DNA from: Octopus vulgaris | Lineage: Eukaryota | Reading direction: 5' to 3' | DNA: 64,000 nucleotides | NCBI GenBank assembly: GCA_951406725.2 | Contig: OX597819.1 | Span: forward strand, 5,394,001 to 5,458,000 | In this document: positions 24,292 through 36,579 of the stretch, in pieces | Layout of the letters: every line of letters starts with the position of its first letter | How positions within the stretch are numbered: position 1 is the stretch's first letter | Notes under the pieces: model-generated | Databases searched by the model: none | Seen by the model: only the letters and a program-made list of their open reading frames with translations | Told to the model about the DNA's origin: nothing | Program-made: the position numbers and the translations under genes

Positions 24292-27154
24292 GCTATTGGA
24301 GACACTGCCAGTGATTGACGTGGAGGCCGAGGGGGAGACGTTCAAGGCCCTTGTGGATACGGGCTGTACGACCACCCTGGTGACTTCGAGGGTGACGAAG
24401 GAATGGAACGGGGTGTGTAGTGTCCGGGCGGTCGACGGCAGCGAAATCCGTTGCAGAGGCAGCAGCACGGTGGAGATAGTGGTGCGCGGCGCGACGCTAA
24501 GGCTACAGGCAATTGTGGCCGAACGCGTGATAAATGGAGTTGATGTGGTGATGGGGATGGACGCCATCAACTGCCTCGGTGGCGTCAGCGTTGTGGGAAA
24601 TAAGGTCACGTTCGGAAGCGTGGGGGCGTCGTGCACTGCGAGTTAGGATCACCAGAGGGAGCAGAGCCCCGCGAGGGACGGCGCCGCTTACACCATCGAG
24701 GACAAGGACTTTCAGGCGGCGTTCGATGGTCAGCGGTGGACGATAGAGTGGAAATGGAAGGACGAGCCCCCGACACTGGAGAACAGGGTGAGCTGTTACC
24801 AGCATACTCTGAAATGCCACGCCAGGGTTGAGTTTGAAGACGAGGTGGAGAGGTGGATCGAGGAAGGGATCCTTGTCCCTTGGAAGGAGGAGGTAGCGGG
24901 CGGAGTGCTACCCCTGATGGCGGTGGTGCAGCCTACGAAGGGAAAAGTCAGACCGGTGCTGGACTTCAGGGAGTTAAACCAGCACATATCGTGTCACACG
25001 GGAGGTGAGGCGACAGACGTTTGTGGTGAGGCATTACGCAAGTGGAGACAGTCGACTGAGGCAGCGACGATTGTCGACTTGAGATCGGCATACTTGCAGC
25101 TCCATGTGAGCGACAAACTATGGCGATATCAGCTGGTGCGGTACAAGGGCCGGACGTACTGTCTAACCAGGCTGGGTTTCGGGCTGAATTCTGCTCCGAA
25201 GATCATGTCGGCAGTGCTTAGGTCCGTCCTAGGGAAAGACGGCAAGATTAGAAAGGCCACCAGCTCCTACATTGACGACATTTTGGTGGACGAAACTGTA
25301 GTGGCAGCCGATGAGGTAGTGAGACATCTGGAGAAGTTCGGACTGATTGCTAAGCCGCCGGAGTCGATTGAAGGGGGAGCCGCGCTGGGGCTGAAGCTGC
25401 GAAGAGATAGATCAGGTGAATTGGTGTTCTGGAGAGGAAATGAAATCCCAGAGCTGAGTTCCAGCGTCAGCAGGAGAGAGCTGTTCTCGGTGTGTGGGAA
25501 GTTGGTCGGTCACTACCCGATCGCTGGATGGCTGCGCACGGCGTGTAGTTACACCAAGAGACGAGCAGAAGGAGAGAGGTGGGGCGACAAGGTGGGAGAA
25601 GGGACGGTGGCGATGATGCAGGAGATCCTAGAGAGGACAAGAGCGGAAGACCCGGTCAGGGGGAACTGGTACGTGCCCAGGACGAAATGCGGGACTGTCT
25701 GGTGTGATGCTAGCAGTATAACGATAGGGGTGGTGTTGGCAATCGAAGGCACTGCGGTGGAGGACGCGTCCTGGCTTCGGAAAGCAGATGATTTCAACCA
25801 CATCAATGTCGCCAAACTAGACGCGCTGCTGAAAGGGGTGAACTTGGCCTTGAAATGGGGGCTGCGCACGATTGAAATGCGGACGGATTCGGCCACTGTG
25901 CTTGGCTGGGTAGGATCAGTGATCACCGGTGACAGGAGAGTGCGGACGAAAGGTGCTGCGGAGATGTTAGTGAAGCGCCGTCTAGGAGTTCTAGGTGAAC
26001 TGATCGCCGAATTCGGACTCAAGCTGAACGTGGTCTTCGTGCCTTCGGAGAAAAACAAGGCGGACGTACTGACCAGGGTGAAAAGGGCGTGGTTGGAAGA
26101 ACCGGAGGAGGCGCGGAGAGGGATAGCTGCGGCGTGTCGGTTGGATGACTCCGAGCTGAAGAAATTGCACGCTATGCATCACCTGGGTGTGGACAGGACC
26201 CTGTATCTGGCAAAAAAGATTGATGCTGACGTGACCAGGAGAAGCGTCTGGAAGGTGGTCGGGAGCTGCGACAGGTGTCAGTCCATCGACCCTGCTCCGT
26301 GTGGGCATGAACAGGGAAGCCTTTCCGTGGAGCAGAACTGGAAAAGGCTAGCTGTGGATGTGACACACTACCGTCAGCGAACGTACCTCTCCATGGTCGA
26401 CTGTGGGCCGGGCCGGCTGGCCATTTGGAGGGAGTTGAGATCGGGCATTGCTGACGAGATCGTGCAGATCCTGAACGGGATATTTTTAGAGAGAGGTCCC
26501 GTGGAAGAACTACTGATGGACAACGGGGCGGCATTTCGTTCGGAAGCACTGAGGGTTATGCTTGATCGGTGGAACGTGCGACGCTTGTTCAGAGCAGCGT
26601 ATAGGCCGGGCGGTAACGGGATCGTGGAGAGGCACCATCGGACAGTCAAGGCCATAGCGGAAAGAGGGCACATTTCGCCGCTTGAAGCAGTTTTTTGGTA
26701 CAACTTGTCTCCCCGATCCGGACAGGCTGAGGAGTCGGTGCCACACAGAGCAATATTCAGGTACGAGTGGAGGCATCCGTGTACTAAATCAATGCAACCC
26801 GGGGCAGAGGAAGAGCACGCCTTCGTGCGGGTCGGGGAGGAAGTCTGGGTAAAACCCCCAAATGCACGGTGTACATCGCAATGGGGAAAGGGGACAATAA
26901 CCTCCGTAAGTTCGAAGAATAACATCTCCATCGATGGTATGCCACGCCACGTTTTGGACATACGGAGGATTGTCCATGCCCCAGAGGATGGGACAAGCAA
27001 CAGTGGGCAGGACGAAAACAACCGACAGGATGACGAGGTCGACAGCAACACACCAGAAACAAGTCCTAGGGTCGCGCTGCGACCACAGAGGGAGCGGCAC
27101 CCTCCTCCCTGGCTGGCTGATTATGAAACCAGTTTCGGGTGCGGGAGCGAGTGA
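24233..27154 (+). CDS. pol: Pol (protease-RT-RNase H-integrase), one in-frame TAG at 24644-24646
   Basis: ALVDTG protease. RPVLDFRELN, FGLNSAP and YIDD in RT. WCDAS RNase H. HHCC + DVTH/MDNG/ERHHRT integrase. ORFs 24224-24646 and 24788-27154 share one frame. Confidence 0.92.
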
Positions 27155-27190
27155 GGAAGCCGGTTCAGTGATTTATAGATCAGGGGGGCG

Positions 27191-27465
27191 TGTGGTGTGG
27201 TGATGAAGGAGTGTGACGGGACGGGCGGGAGCGGAAGTGATGCTTACAGGTCTTGCAGGGCGCATGCGCTGGCGGAAGCGGAAGCGACAGACTCAACGCA
27301 CGTGCGGCATCGACCGGCTGCGAGAGACCCCAGCAAGGCACCGAGACGACAACACGCGAGCAAGTTGGCTGAAGGCCATCCGACTTCATCCCCTGTCAGG
27401 TAAGACCTTATTGCACTTCTGTTTCCTATTTCCTTGTTTCCGTTGTGCTCCTTTCATCAACCACA
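27191..27465 (+). repeat. 3' LTR
   Basis: Direct repeat of 23219-23493. Confidence 0.97.
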
Positions 27466-27643
27466 ACATGTTCTGGCTCTATTGAAGAAAAATAAGAAGA
27501 CCAATGTGTTGTAGATGTGGAGCATTGTCTTTTGGGAGATAGAGCAGTGATGCCAGAGGGGCTTCCATAGGAAGTACATGATCCCAGTGGTCAGACCACA
27601 TCTATGGTTGATCTTTGGGATCAGGACTCCATTGTTGGTGACT
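27466..27643 (-). mobile_element. Old RTE-type LINE fragment split by the LTR element (continues at 23140-23218)
   Basis: Joined minus strand reads INHRCGLTTGIMYFLWKPLW..ISQKTMLHIYNTLV..RART|CSLSKT..KRINNFDSRAL, an RTE RT-thumb-like sequence. Confidence 0.6.
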
Positions 27644-28329
27644 TTCAGAAACATCTTTTTGCACTCAGAATTGCTGAAGCATGGAATAAACTACCTCCAC
27701 ATCCTTCAAAATTTCTTTGCTATTCATTAACTCTCCCTCTAATTTTTATTTTTTAAATTCTAAATGACTTATTCACTGTTCATTTCCTGTGCATTATTTT
27801 AATACTATTCATGTACTTTTGGTTACTTTTTCCTATGAATTGTAGAACACCAGAGCACTGTCTACAATAAGTTGTTTGTCTTCTTCATTGTTGTCTTTTT
27901 TCTTCTTCTTTCCCATCTTCATCTTCTTTGTTTTTGTCTTCTTTTTTGCTATCCTCTTCTTCGTTATCATTGTCATCTTCATCTTCTTTTTCTTCTTAAT
28001 CTGAACCTGACTGGTTCTTATCCTTCCATAATACTTTTCTTGCCTCTCAACAACCTTGCATAAGCCATCTCACTCAATATTACACCCATCTCAGTCAAGG
28101 GGTCTTCTCTTATTAACTTCTTGGTCAGCTCACTAGTGCTTGTGACATGAAAGATCACCCAGTACACCCTGTACAGTGGTTGGCAGTAGGAAGGGCATTA
28201 AACCATAGAAACCATGCCAAAACGGACACTGGAGCGAGACACAGTCCCCTAGCCTGTAGGATCCCATCAAACCATTCAAACGCCACTGCCACCACTGACA
28301 ATTCCATATTCAAAAGAAATTATAAGTTA

Positions 28330-28724
28330 CTAGCAGTATCGCCCGACGTTGCTCGGGTTTGTAAGGGAAATAACTATATAAGCATTTTTAGAGATGTAAA
28401 ATATAATAGCCATCTCAATATGGCTAACCACAAAGGGGGGGTGTTACTGTAGCTTTTTACGTTCTGAGATTTAATAATAAATTTTTAGAGAGTTACTTCC
28501 CTTATATATGGCAAAAAAGCATTAAAAATGGGAAAAATTGATGGTAATTTTTTTTAAAATCGTAGACTCATCGTAGACGTGCACTAATACTCAGAAGGGC
28601 TCGATATGAATCACGACTATAAGATACCCGGTTTTGGTTAAACTGCACCGCAAAATGTGGGAGTAGTTAGGAATCTAAATCGTAGGAGACAGACAGCACA
28701 CAACCTCACTTTTATATATAAAGA
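28330..28724 (-). mobile_element. Non-autonomous Helitron (subfamily A)
   Basis: Same termini as the other copies. Inserted 16 nt from the exon end at 28741. Confidence 0.85.
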
Positions 28725-28740
28725 TGAACCAATTACTTAC

Positions 28741-28925
28741 TGGCATAGTTCCCTTCTTGTGTATCTTTAGGTTTGGTGACAGTTTGGCTTTCAGTTGTTT
28801 GGAATCTTTGTAAGCTCTTTCTAAATTCTGCAGAGAATTTACAATCCAATTCGTTCTGTTCCACAAATTTGTTGACAAATGATGTGTTTGATCTGGCTAC
28901 ACAAGTTAACAGTTCCTTGAATACT
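28741..28925 (-). CDS. Putative GPI-anchored protein, internal exon (phase 2->1)
   Basis: tttcatttctacag acceptor, a|gtaagt donor. Open frame VFKELLTCVARSNTS..LDCKF..EGNYA. Confidence 0.82.
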
Positions 28926-30110
28926 CTGTAGAAATGAAACATAAAGAAGAGATACATGAAGTACTGGTATTTTTATAGTATTATACAATATTTCTAATGT
29001 TTAACAAAACATGTCAGGTGAAATAAATGCATAATTGCGTATGAAAGATTCAGTTCATCATTTTAGATAAATAATGTTGTTTTTTCTGACTTCAAAAATA
29101 ATAAACATCTACTCATCTACTCACCATATTTAATCACTATTGCAGTTATTTTCTGATACTGAAGAATTGGAAATAATAAAACTAACTCTTTCATTACATC
29201 AATATATTCTTGTATTTCAGGCAGTGAGCTGGCAGACTCATTTGCAAACCTGACAGAATGCTTAGCAGCATTTCGCCTGTCTTTATGTTCTGAGTTTAAA
29301 TTCTGCCAATGTTAATTTTGCCTTTCGTTCTTTTGGGTGTCAATAAGTACCAGTTGAACACTGGGGTTGATGTAATTGACTTGCCCCTCTCCTCAAATTG
29401 CTGGCCTTGTGCCAAAATTTCAAATCAGTAGATATGTATGTATGTGTATGTGTGTGTGTGTATAAGTATTCTTGCATGTATGCATGTATATATGTATGCA
29501 TGTGTGTGTGTATGTTTATTTTCAATATTCTGTGAAAAATGTTTGGCCATGAGGCAATGGTACCTTACTTGGAAACAGGTAAAGGTTGGCAACAGGAAGG
29601 GCATCTGATTATCCGTAGAAAATTTGTCACATTGAATTTCCTCTGATCCACAGAAGCATGGGAAAATGGGTGTTAAAATGAAGATGATAACTATGTCATC
29701 ATCATCATCATCATTATCATATGTCCATTGTCCATGCTGAGACCAGAGCTGGTAAGCTGGTGGTGGTTGTGGTGGGCAGCACCAGACTCTGGTCTGATTT
29801 GGCCTGGTTTCAACGTCTGGATACCCTTCCTAACACCAACCACTTTACCGAATGTGCTAGATACTTTTACATGGCACCACATGGGTGCTTGTAAATGGCA
29901 CTACGCAGGCACTTATATGTGACACCGCATGAGTGCTTTCATGTGGTGCTGTCACACGAGCACTTTTACCTGGTTCTGCTTTGAATGCTTTACACAACCA
30001 GAACGATCGGCCTTAACACTTCTGTGGGTCTTCTTGGGTTGCTGTAGGGTACAGGTGTTTGGTACTTTACTAATAAGTACATGTTTTCTTTTATAACTAT
30101 GAGAAATATA

Positions 30111-30340
30111 TATTTCTTTACTACCCACAAGGGGCTAAACATAGAGGGGACAAACAAGGACAGACAAAGGTATTAAGCCGATTACATCGCCTCCAGTGCA
30201 TAACTAGTACTTAATTTATTGACCCCGAAGGGATGAAAGGCAAAGTCGACCTTGGCGGAATTTGAACTCACAACGTAACGACAGACGAAATACGGCTACG
30301 CATTTCGCCCGGTGTGCTAACGTTTCTGCCAGCTCGCCGC
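30111..30340 (-). mobile_element. SINE family C
   Basis: 11 bp TSD tgagaaatata (30100-30110, 30341-30351). Confidence 0.88.
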
Positions 30341-30371
30341 TGAGAAATATAAATGGACATTGACTACTTAC

Positions 30372-30459
30372 TCGCAAGTTTTGTCCTCATGGTAGGTAGC
30401 CATTTCTTCGTTGCAACTCATCTGAACTCTCTTCAATGCTTCATCAGCATTTGCAGGGT
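30372..30459 (-). CDS. Putative GPI-anchored protein, internal exon (phase 1->2)
   Basis: cttcctcttttcatag acceptor, ga|gtaagt donor. DPANADEALKRVQMSCNEEMATYHEDKTCE. Confidence 0.82.
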
Positions 30460-30530
30460 CTATGAAAAGAGGAAGAAGATACCGTCTTTTAAATAATGAT
30501 TTATGGAATTGTATGTGAGTGAGTGAGTGA

Positions 30531-30577
<47 letters not shown>

Positions 30578-30701
30578 AGGGTGGAGTTTGCTTTCTTCTT
30601 GTTTAATCAAGTATAAGGAGAAATGAAGAAAGATGTATAAAATTCTAAGTTTTATTACAAGCACTTTTCAAATATAATGGAACTAGTGTGTCAGGGAAAA
30701 A

Positions 30702-30918
<217 letters not shown>

Positions 30919-31114
30919 AAATTCAGTATCAATGTTTCCCTTTTGCACAGTTCATGGCTGCTGTTTCTACTTGCACAAAGTTCTGAATCCTGGTCAACTT
31001 ATATAAGCAATTCCTTTAGGAAAGATAAACACATCCCAACTACCCACAACTTCTCTTTTTCAAAATATTAAACTTTCTAAGCAGTTCTTAAAGAGATTAA
31101 ACTTATATTTCTTA

Positions 31115-31560
31115 CATAAAGATTACAATGTGTAATATGATTCTTGTTCTTGGGTAACAACTGTTATTTCCTATTTCCTATTTGTTATTTCCTAAAAAGT
31201 ATGAAAAATGGTTAATATTTCCTTCCAATTTTGCTTTTGTTACATTTATTCATACTCCAAAGAATCTTCAACATGTGGTTATGATGCTCCCTACAACTTC
31301 TGCTCATGATCAGAGATGCACATATTGTCAGCCACTAAGGGACATGCTCAAGTAAATCAAGCAAATCTGTGGTATCGAGCATTTCTGTGATATTTCTGCT
31401 TCAGCAACTCAGCACTGAATTTGTCCGAAATGTAATGCAAAATAGGTCAGTTTTGAAACATTGATGTCTAGGCCACAAAAGCAAAGTTTGAAGAGAAAGC
31501 AGTAATTTTCTTTGATTTCCAGATAGAAGAATATAGGAAATAATATTGATTGACCAAAGA
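31115..31560 (+). repeat. Unclassified dispersed repeat
   Basis: Colinear with 4270-4690. Confidence 0.6.
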
Positions 31561-31753
31561 CGAGAAAAACAAACCCACGCCCCCAAAAAAAACAAAAACA
31601 AAAGTAAGAAAAACAAATTTGTTACACATTTTAATCAGTAGTCTAGAGCAGGTATGAACAACCTTTTCGAGAAGTGGGCCACATGTAACATAGCTCATCA
31701 TTAAGTGGGTCAGTTCTAAAATATTTTCACGATAATTTTTTGCTATGTATACC

Positions 31754-31984
31754 TATTTCTTTACTACCCACAAGGGGCTAAACACAGAGAGGACAATCAA
31801 GGACAGACAAACGGATTAAGTCGATTACATTGACCCCAGTACGTAACTGGTATTTAATTTATCGACCCTGAAAGGATGAAAGGCAAAGTTGACCTCAGCG
31901 GAATTTGAACTCAGAATGTAATGGCAGACAAAATATGGCTATGCATTTCGCCTGGCGTGCTAACGTTTCTGCCAGCTTGCTGCC
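31754..31984 (-). mobile_element. SINE family C
   Basis: ~17 bp TSD ttttg(c/t)tatgtatacc at both flanks. Confidence 0.85.
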
Positions 31985-32296
31985 TTTTTTGTTATGTATA
32001 CCATTCAGAAAGTCATGAAGCTTCAGTATGCTCAAGCCTGGTCTAAAAGATTAATCACTGGAGCCAGCAGCTTAACTGATGATGTTCCTTGATATAATGA
32101 TGGTTACCTAAGGTGGGGAGCTGGCATGGGTTGGGCTCAAATCCTGTTGAAAGATGACTCTGTCTTTCATCTTTCGAGGGTTGATGAAATACGTACCTGC
32201 TGAGCTCCAGGTGGAGGATGAAAGGGTGGAGGTAATTAACTACTCTCCCCCTCCCCCCAAATTTCAGGTCTTGTGCTTAAAGTAGAAAGGATTTGT

Positions 32297-32514
32297 CAGC
32301 GCCGCCTTGACTGGCACCTGTGCCGGTGGCACGTAAAAAGCACCCACTACACTCACAGAGTGGTTGGCGTTAGGAAGGGCATCCAGCAGTAGAAACACTG
32401 CCAGATTCGACTGGTGCCTGTTGCAGCCTTCTGGCTTCCCAGACCCCGGTTGAACCGTCCAACCCATGCTAGCATGGAAAACAGACGTTAAACGATGATG
32501 ATGATGATGATGAT
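32297..32514 (+). mobile_element. RTE LINE 3' end fragment
   Basis: Matches the RTE 3' UTR. (GAT)n tail. Confidence 0.85.
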
Positions 32515-33100
32515 TGAAAGGAAGGGAGGTAATAACTGTCTTTATTTGCTAAGTTTTTAACTTCAGCACATTTCCTTTTGGTAATTAACAAGACCCCTTC
32601 CACAAAATTTTAGGCCTTGTGCCTATTGTAGAAAGGATATTATGATGGGTCCCTAACTTGCCTTTCAAATTGCAAGCAGATGGGGAATCTACAAAAAAAA
32701 AAAAAAAAAAAAGGAAGTCTTATCCTTTATCTTTAATTAGTTTCAGTCACTGGATTCTGGCCATGCTGTGGAACTGCCTTGAAGGGATTTAGTCAAAGTG
32801 ACTCCAGCACTAATATTTAGCTGGTCTCACTAAGTTATGAAGATGTAAACAAACCAACATCATAGTCAAGCAATGAGGTGGGGGAGACAAATGCACACAT
32901 ACACACATGAAGGCTTCAATACAGTCAAGCAAACTATTTACTCACAAGGTATTGGTCTGTTTAGGGCTACAATAGAAGATGCTTGTCCAAGCTGCCATGC
33001 AGTGGGGCTGAACCTGAGACCATGCGGTTGCAAAACAAGCCTCTTAACCACACAGCCATGCCTGCACTTACAGAAATAATTTTTCAAAATAGTTCACACA

Positions 33101-33520
33101 AGGCGCAGGAGTGGCTGTGTGGTAAGTAACTTCCTAACCAACCACATGGTCCCGGGTTCAGTCCCACTGCGTGGCATCTTGGGCAAGTATCTTCTGCTAT
33201 GGCCCCGGGCCGACCAATGCCTTGTGAGTGGATTTGGTAGACGGAAACTGAAAGAAGCCTGTCGTATATATATGTATATATATATATATGTGTGTGTGTT
33301 TGTGTGTGTTTGTGTGTCTGTGTTTGTCCCCCCAGCATTGCTTGACAACCGATGCTGGTGTGTTTACGTCCCCCGTCACTTAGCGGTTCGGCAAAAGAGA
33401 CCGATAGAATAAGTACTGGGCTAACAAAGAATAAGTCCCGGGGTTGATTTGCTTGACTAAAGGCGGTGCTCCAGCATGGCCGCAGTCAAATGACTGAAAC
33501 AAGTAAAAGTAAAAGAGTAA
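33101..33520 (+). mobile_element. SINE family B
   Basis: Full-length copy. A diverged minus copy lies head-to-head at ~32740-33070. Confidence 0.9.
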
Positions 33521-33606
33521 AGTTTGAAATCTCTCAGCTCACATTCATAAAAGATGGTGGAGTGAAGTTTGAGGGACATAAACACATACATAAATGCACA
33601 CACACT

Positions 33607-33645
<39 letters not shown>

Positions 33646-33971
33646 CCACACCATTTCCATTTCACAAAAATTTTATTGGCCTGAGGCTATAGTAGAAGAT
33701 GTTTGCTGAAGGTGCCATGCAGTGGGACTGAACCCGGAACAATGTGGTTGGTTGAGAAGTAAACATCTTACCACACAGCCACACCAGTGTATAGCATATT
33801 TGGAGCAATAAAATCTGTGGATTCCAGCATATCATTAACCACTTGTATGTTTATTTCACAAGAAGGCGGTTCTGTTGATTGGATCAACCGAAACCTTTGT
33901 CATCATAACTGACAGAGTGCCACTTACAGTGAGATGGATCACACCCTTGACTGACACACAAGTTAGAATTA

Positions 33972-34474
33972 TCTTTATATATAAAAGTAAGGTTGTGTGC
34001 TGTCTGTCCCCTACGATTTAGATTCCTAACTACTCCCACATTTTGCGGTGCAGTTTAACCAAAACAGGGTATCTTATAGTCGTGATTCATATCGAGCCCT
34101 TCTGGGTATCAGCGCGCGTCTAGAATGAGTCTACGATTTAAAAAAAAGTTTACCGTCATTTTTTTCCATTTTAATGCATTTTTTCGCCATTATATAAGGG
34201 AAGTAACTCTCTAAAAATGTCTACGATGAGTCAACGATTTAAAAAAAAATTTACCATAATTTTTTTCCATTTTTAATGCATTTTTTTCGCTATTATATAA
34301 GGGAAGTAACTCTCTAAAAATGTCTACGATGAGTCAACAATTTAAAAAAAATTTACCATAATTTTTTTTCCATTTTTAATGCATTTTTTTGCTATTTTTT
34401 GGCTATAACTCTCTAAAAATGCTTATATAGTTATTTCCCTTACAAACCCGAGCAACGCCAGGCGATACTGCTAG
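33972..34474 (+). mobile_element. Non-autonomous Helitron (subfamily B, 3 internal ~100 bp repeats)
   Basis: A|TC..CTAG|T with a repeated gtctacgatgagtc..ctctaaaaat unit. Confidence 0.85.
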
Positions 34475-34771
34475 TTAATAATATTTGTTAAATATTTTCA
34501 AAACTAGAAAGGGCTTGATGAGATGAAATGCTCACCACTTAAGAAAAGTTGCTAGAACATTACATTTTAGTAAGAATGACTAATTAGCTGGAATGATTCA
34601 GCATCATCGTCTTTAGTGTAGCTGTACTGATGGGTTGTGGTTGGCAGAGGTTATTTCTATGAATGATAGTAGTAGTGATGAGGGGTGGTGTTGGTGGTAG
34701 TTGTTTGTTCCAGTTGGGATCCTCAGTTCAGGGAGATTTTCTGTCTTGATAAAGAAGAGCTGTTTTTTGGT

Positions 34772-35150
34772 TACTCTTACTCTCTTTACTTGTTTCAGTC
34801 ATTTGACTGAGGCCATGCTGGAGCACCACCTTTTGTTGAGCAAATCGACCCCGGGACTTATTCTTTGTAAGCCCAGTACTTATTCTATCGGTCTCTTTTG
34901 CCGAACCGCTAAGTGATGGGGACGTAAACACACCAGCATCGGTTGTCAAGCAATGCTAGGGGGACAAACAAACACACACATATATACGACGGGCTTCTTT
35001 CAGTTTCTGTCTACCAAATCCACTCACAAGGCTTTGGTTGGCCCAAGGCTATAGTAGAAGACACTTGCCCAGGGTGCCATGCAGTGGGACTGAACCTGGA
35101 ACCATGTGGTTGGTTAGCAAGCTACTTACCACACAGCCACTCCTGCGCCT
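34772..35150 (-). mobile_element. SINE family B
   Basis: Reverse complement of 33101-33520. Confidence 0.9.
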
Positions 35151-35358
35151 ATATTTATCACGCATAACTTTTTACATGTAACCCTTATTCATATGCGATT
35201 TCATATGTATTTTTATATGCTTTTATATTTCTCCTATATTTTTATGTATGTTTGGTTTTATTCTTTTTACATACAGTAAAGTAAATAAGAGGGCTAATAC
35301 ATACATACATATATATATATATATACATACATATATATATATACATACATATACAAAC

Positions 35359-35440
<82 letters not shown>

Positions 35441-35446
<6 letters not shown>

Positions 35447-35887
35447 AAAAAGAAGTTTGAAAACGCCACTATATTATATCAATTTTAATTTTCTTATGAA
35501 TTTTACATGTTTCGGTTCTTGAAAAAACGAACCTTATCAAAAATATTATAAAAAGTGAAAATTGAAAAGTTCATAATCGTTTCTTACTGTTCTCAATAGA
35601 ATCCATGTGGTGGTGTTTTGTTGGTAGTTGGTATAATCGCTATATTCCTGTTGAGTGTATTGAAGAAGTCCAGTATTGTTTCTTGCTGGTATTAAAAGGA
35701 ACCGCTTTTTTGTTACCTTGTGTTCCAATGGTAGCAACAGTGAGAAACGATTATGAACTTTTCAATTTTCACTTTTTATAATATTTTTGATAAGGTTCGT
35801 TTTTTCAAGAACTGAAACATGTAAAATTCATAAGAAAATTAAAATTTATCTAATATAGTGGCGTTTTCAAACTTCTTTTTTACAAAT
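35441..35887. mobile_element. ~150 bp inverted repeat in (TA)n, PLE-terminal-like
   Basis: Arms ~35441-35591 and ~35736-35887. Hammerhead-like ttgataa-ggttc..gaac-(c/t)gaaa-catg-ta in each arm. Confidence 0.55.
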
Positions 35888-35920
35888 ATATACCCACTCG
35901 TATACGATCTACTCTTATTA

Positions 35921-35974
<54 letters not shown>

Positions 35975-36025
35975 TATACATACATATACATACATATATA
36001 TATATATATATATACATACATATAC

Positions 36026-36072
<47 letters not shown>

Positions 36073-36268
36073 CATATATATATTTAGAAATTAAGGACAA
36101 CTTCTTAATAAGGAAAACTTAACAAGAAATTATCGGGTAGATAGCGTGAAATGTCTTACTTTGAAAAATTGCATTCGGTGGGATTAGTAAAATTTTTGGT
36201 AGAAATGACTAATTTTGTCCCTCTTAGCGTGTGGCATGTATGTATAATAATGCCCTCTATATAAATTA

Positions 36269-36326
<58 letters not shown>

Positions 36327-36366
36327 TATATATATATAATATATATATAATATATATATATATATA

Positions 36367-36556
36367 CCTGTACTGCTAGACTGGCACTCGTGCTGGTGGC
36401 ACGTAAAAGCACCCACTACACTCTCAGAATGGTTGGCGTTAGGAAGGGCATCCAGATGTAGAAACTCTGCCAGATCAGATTGGAGCCTGGTGCAGCCATC
36501 TGGTTTGCCAGTCCTCAGTCAAATCGTCCAACCCATGCTAGCATGGAAAGCAGACA
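36367..36556 (+). mobile_element. RTE LINE 3' end fragment
   Basis: Matches the RTE 3' UTR. Confidence 0.8.
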
Positions 36557-36579
36557 TGTGTGTATGTACATGTGAAATA

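Larger units (their letters stand above)
23219..27465 (+). mobile_element. Full-length Ty3/Gypsy-like LTR retrotransposon
   Basis: 275 bp LTRs (TGTGGT..ACCACA). 5 bp TSD ACATG at 23214-23218 and 27466-27470. Domain order gag-PR-RT-RH-INT. Purine run agggggg before the 3' LTR. Confidence 0.97.

Noticed and set aside
24133-27100. Multiple minus-strand ORFs over pol
   Set aside because: Antisense shadows of a GC-rich coding region, with no domain motifs (no env-like gene).
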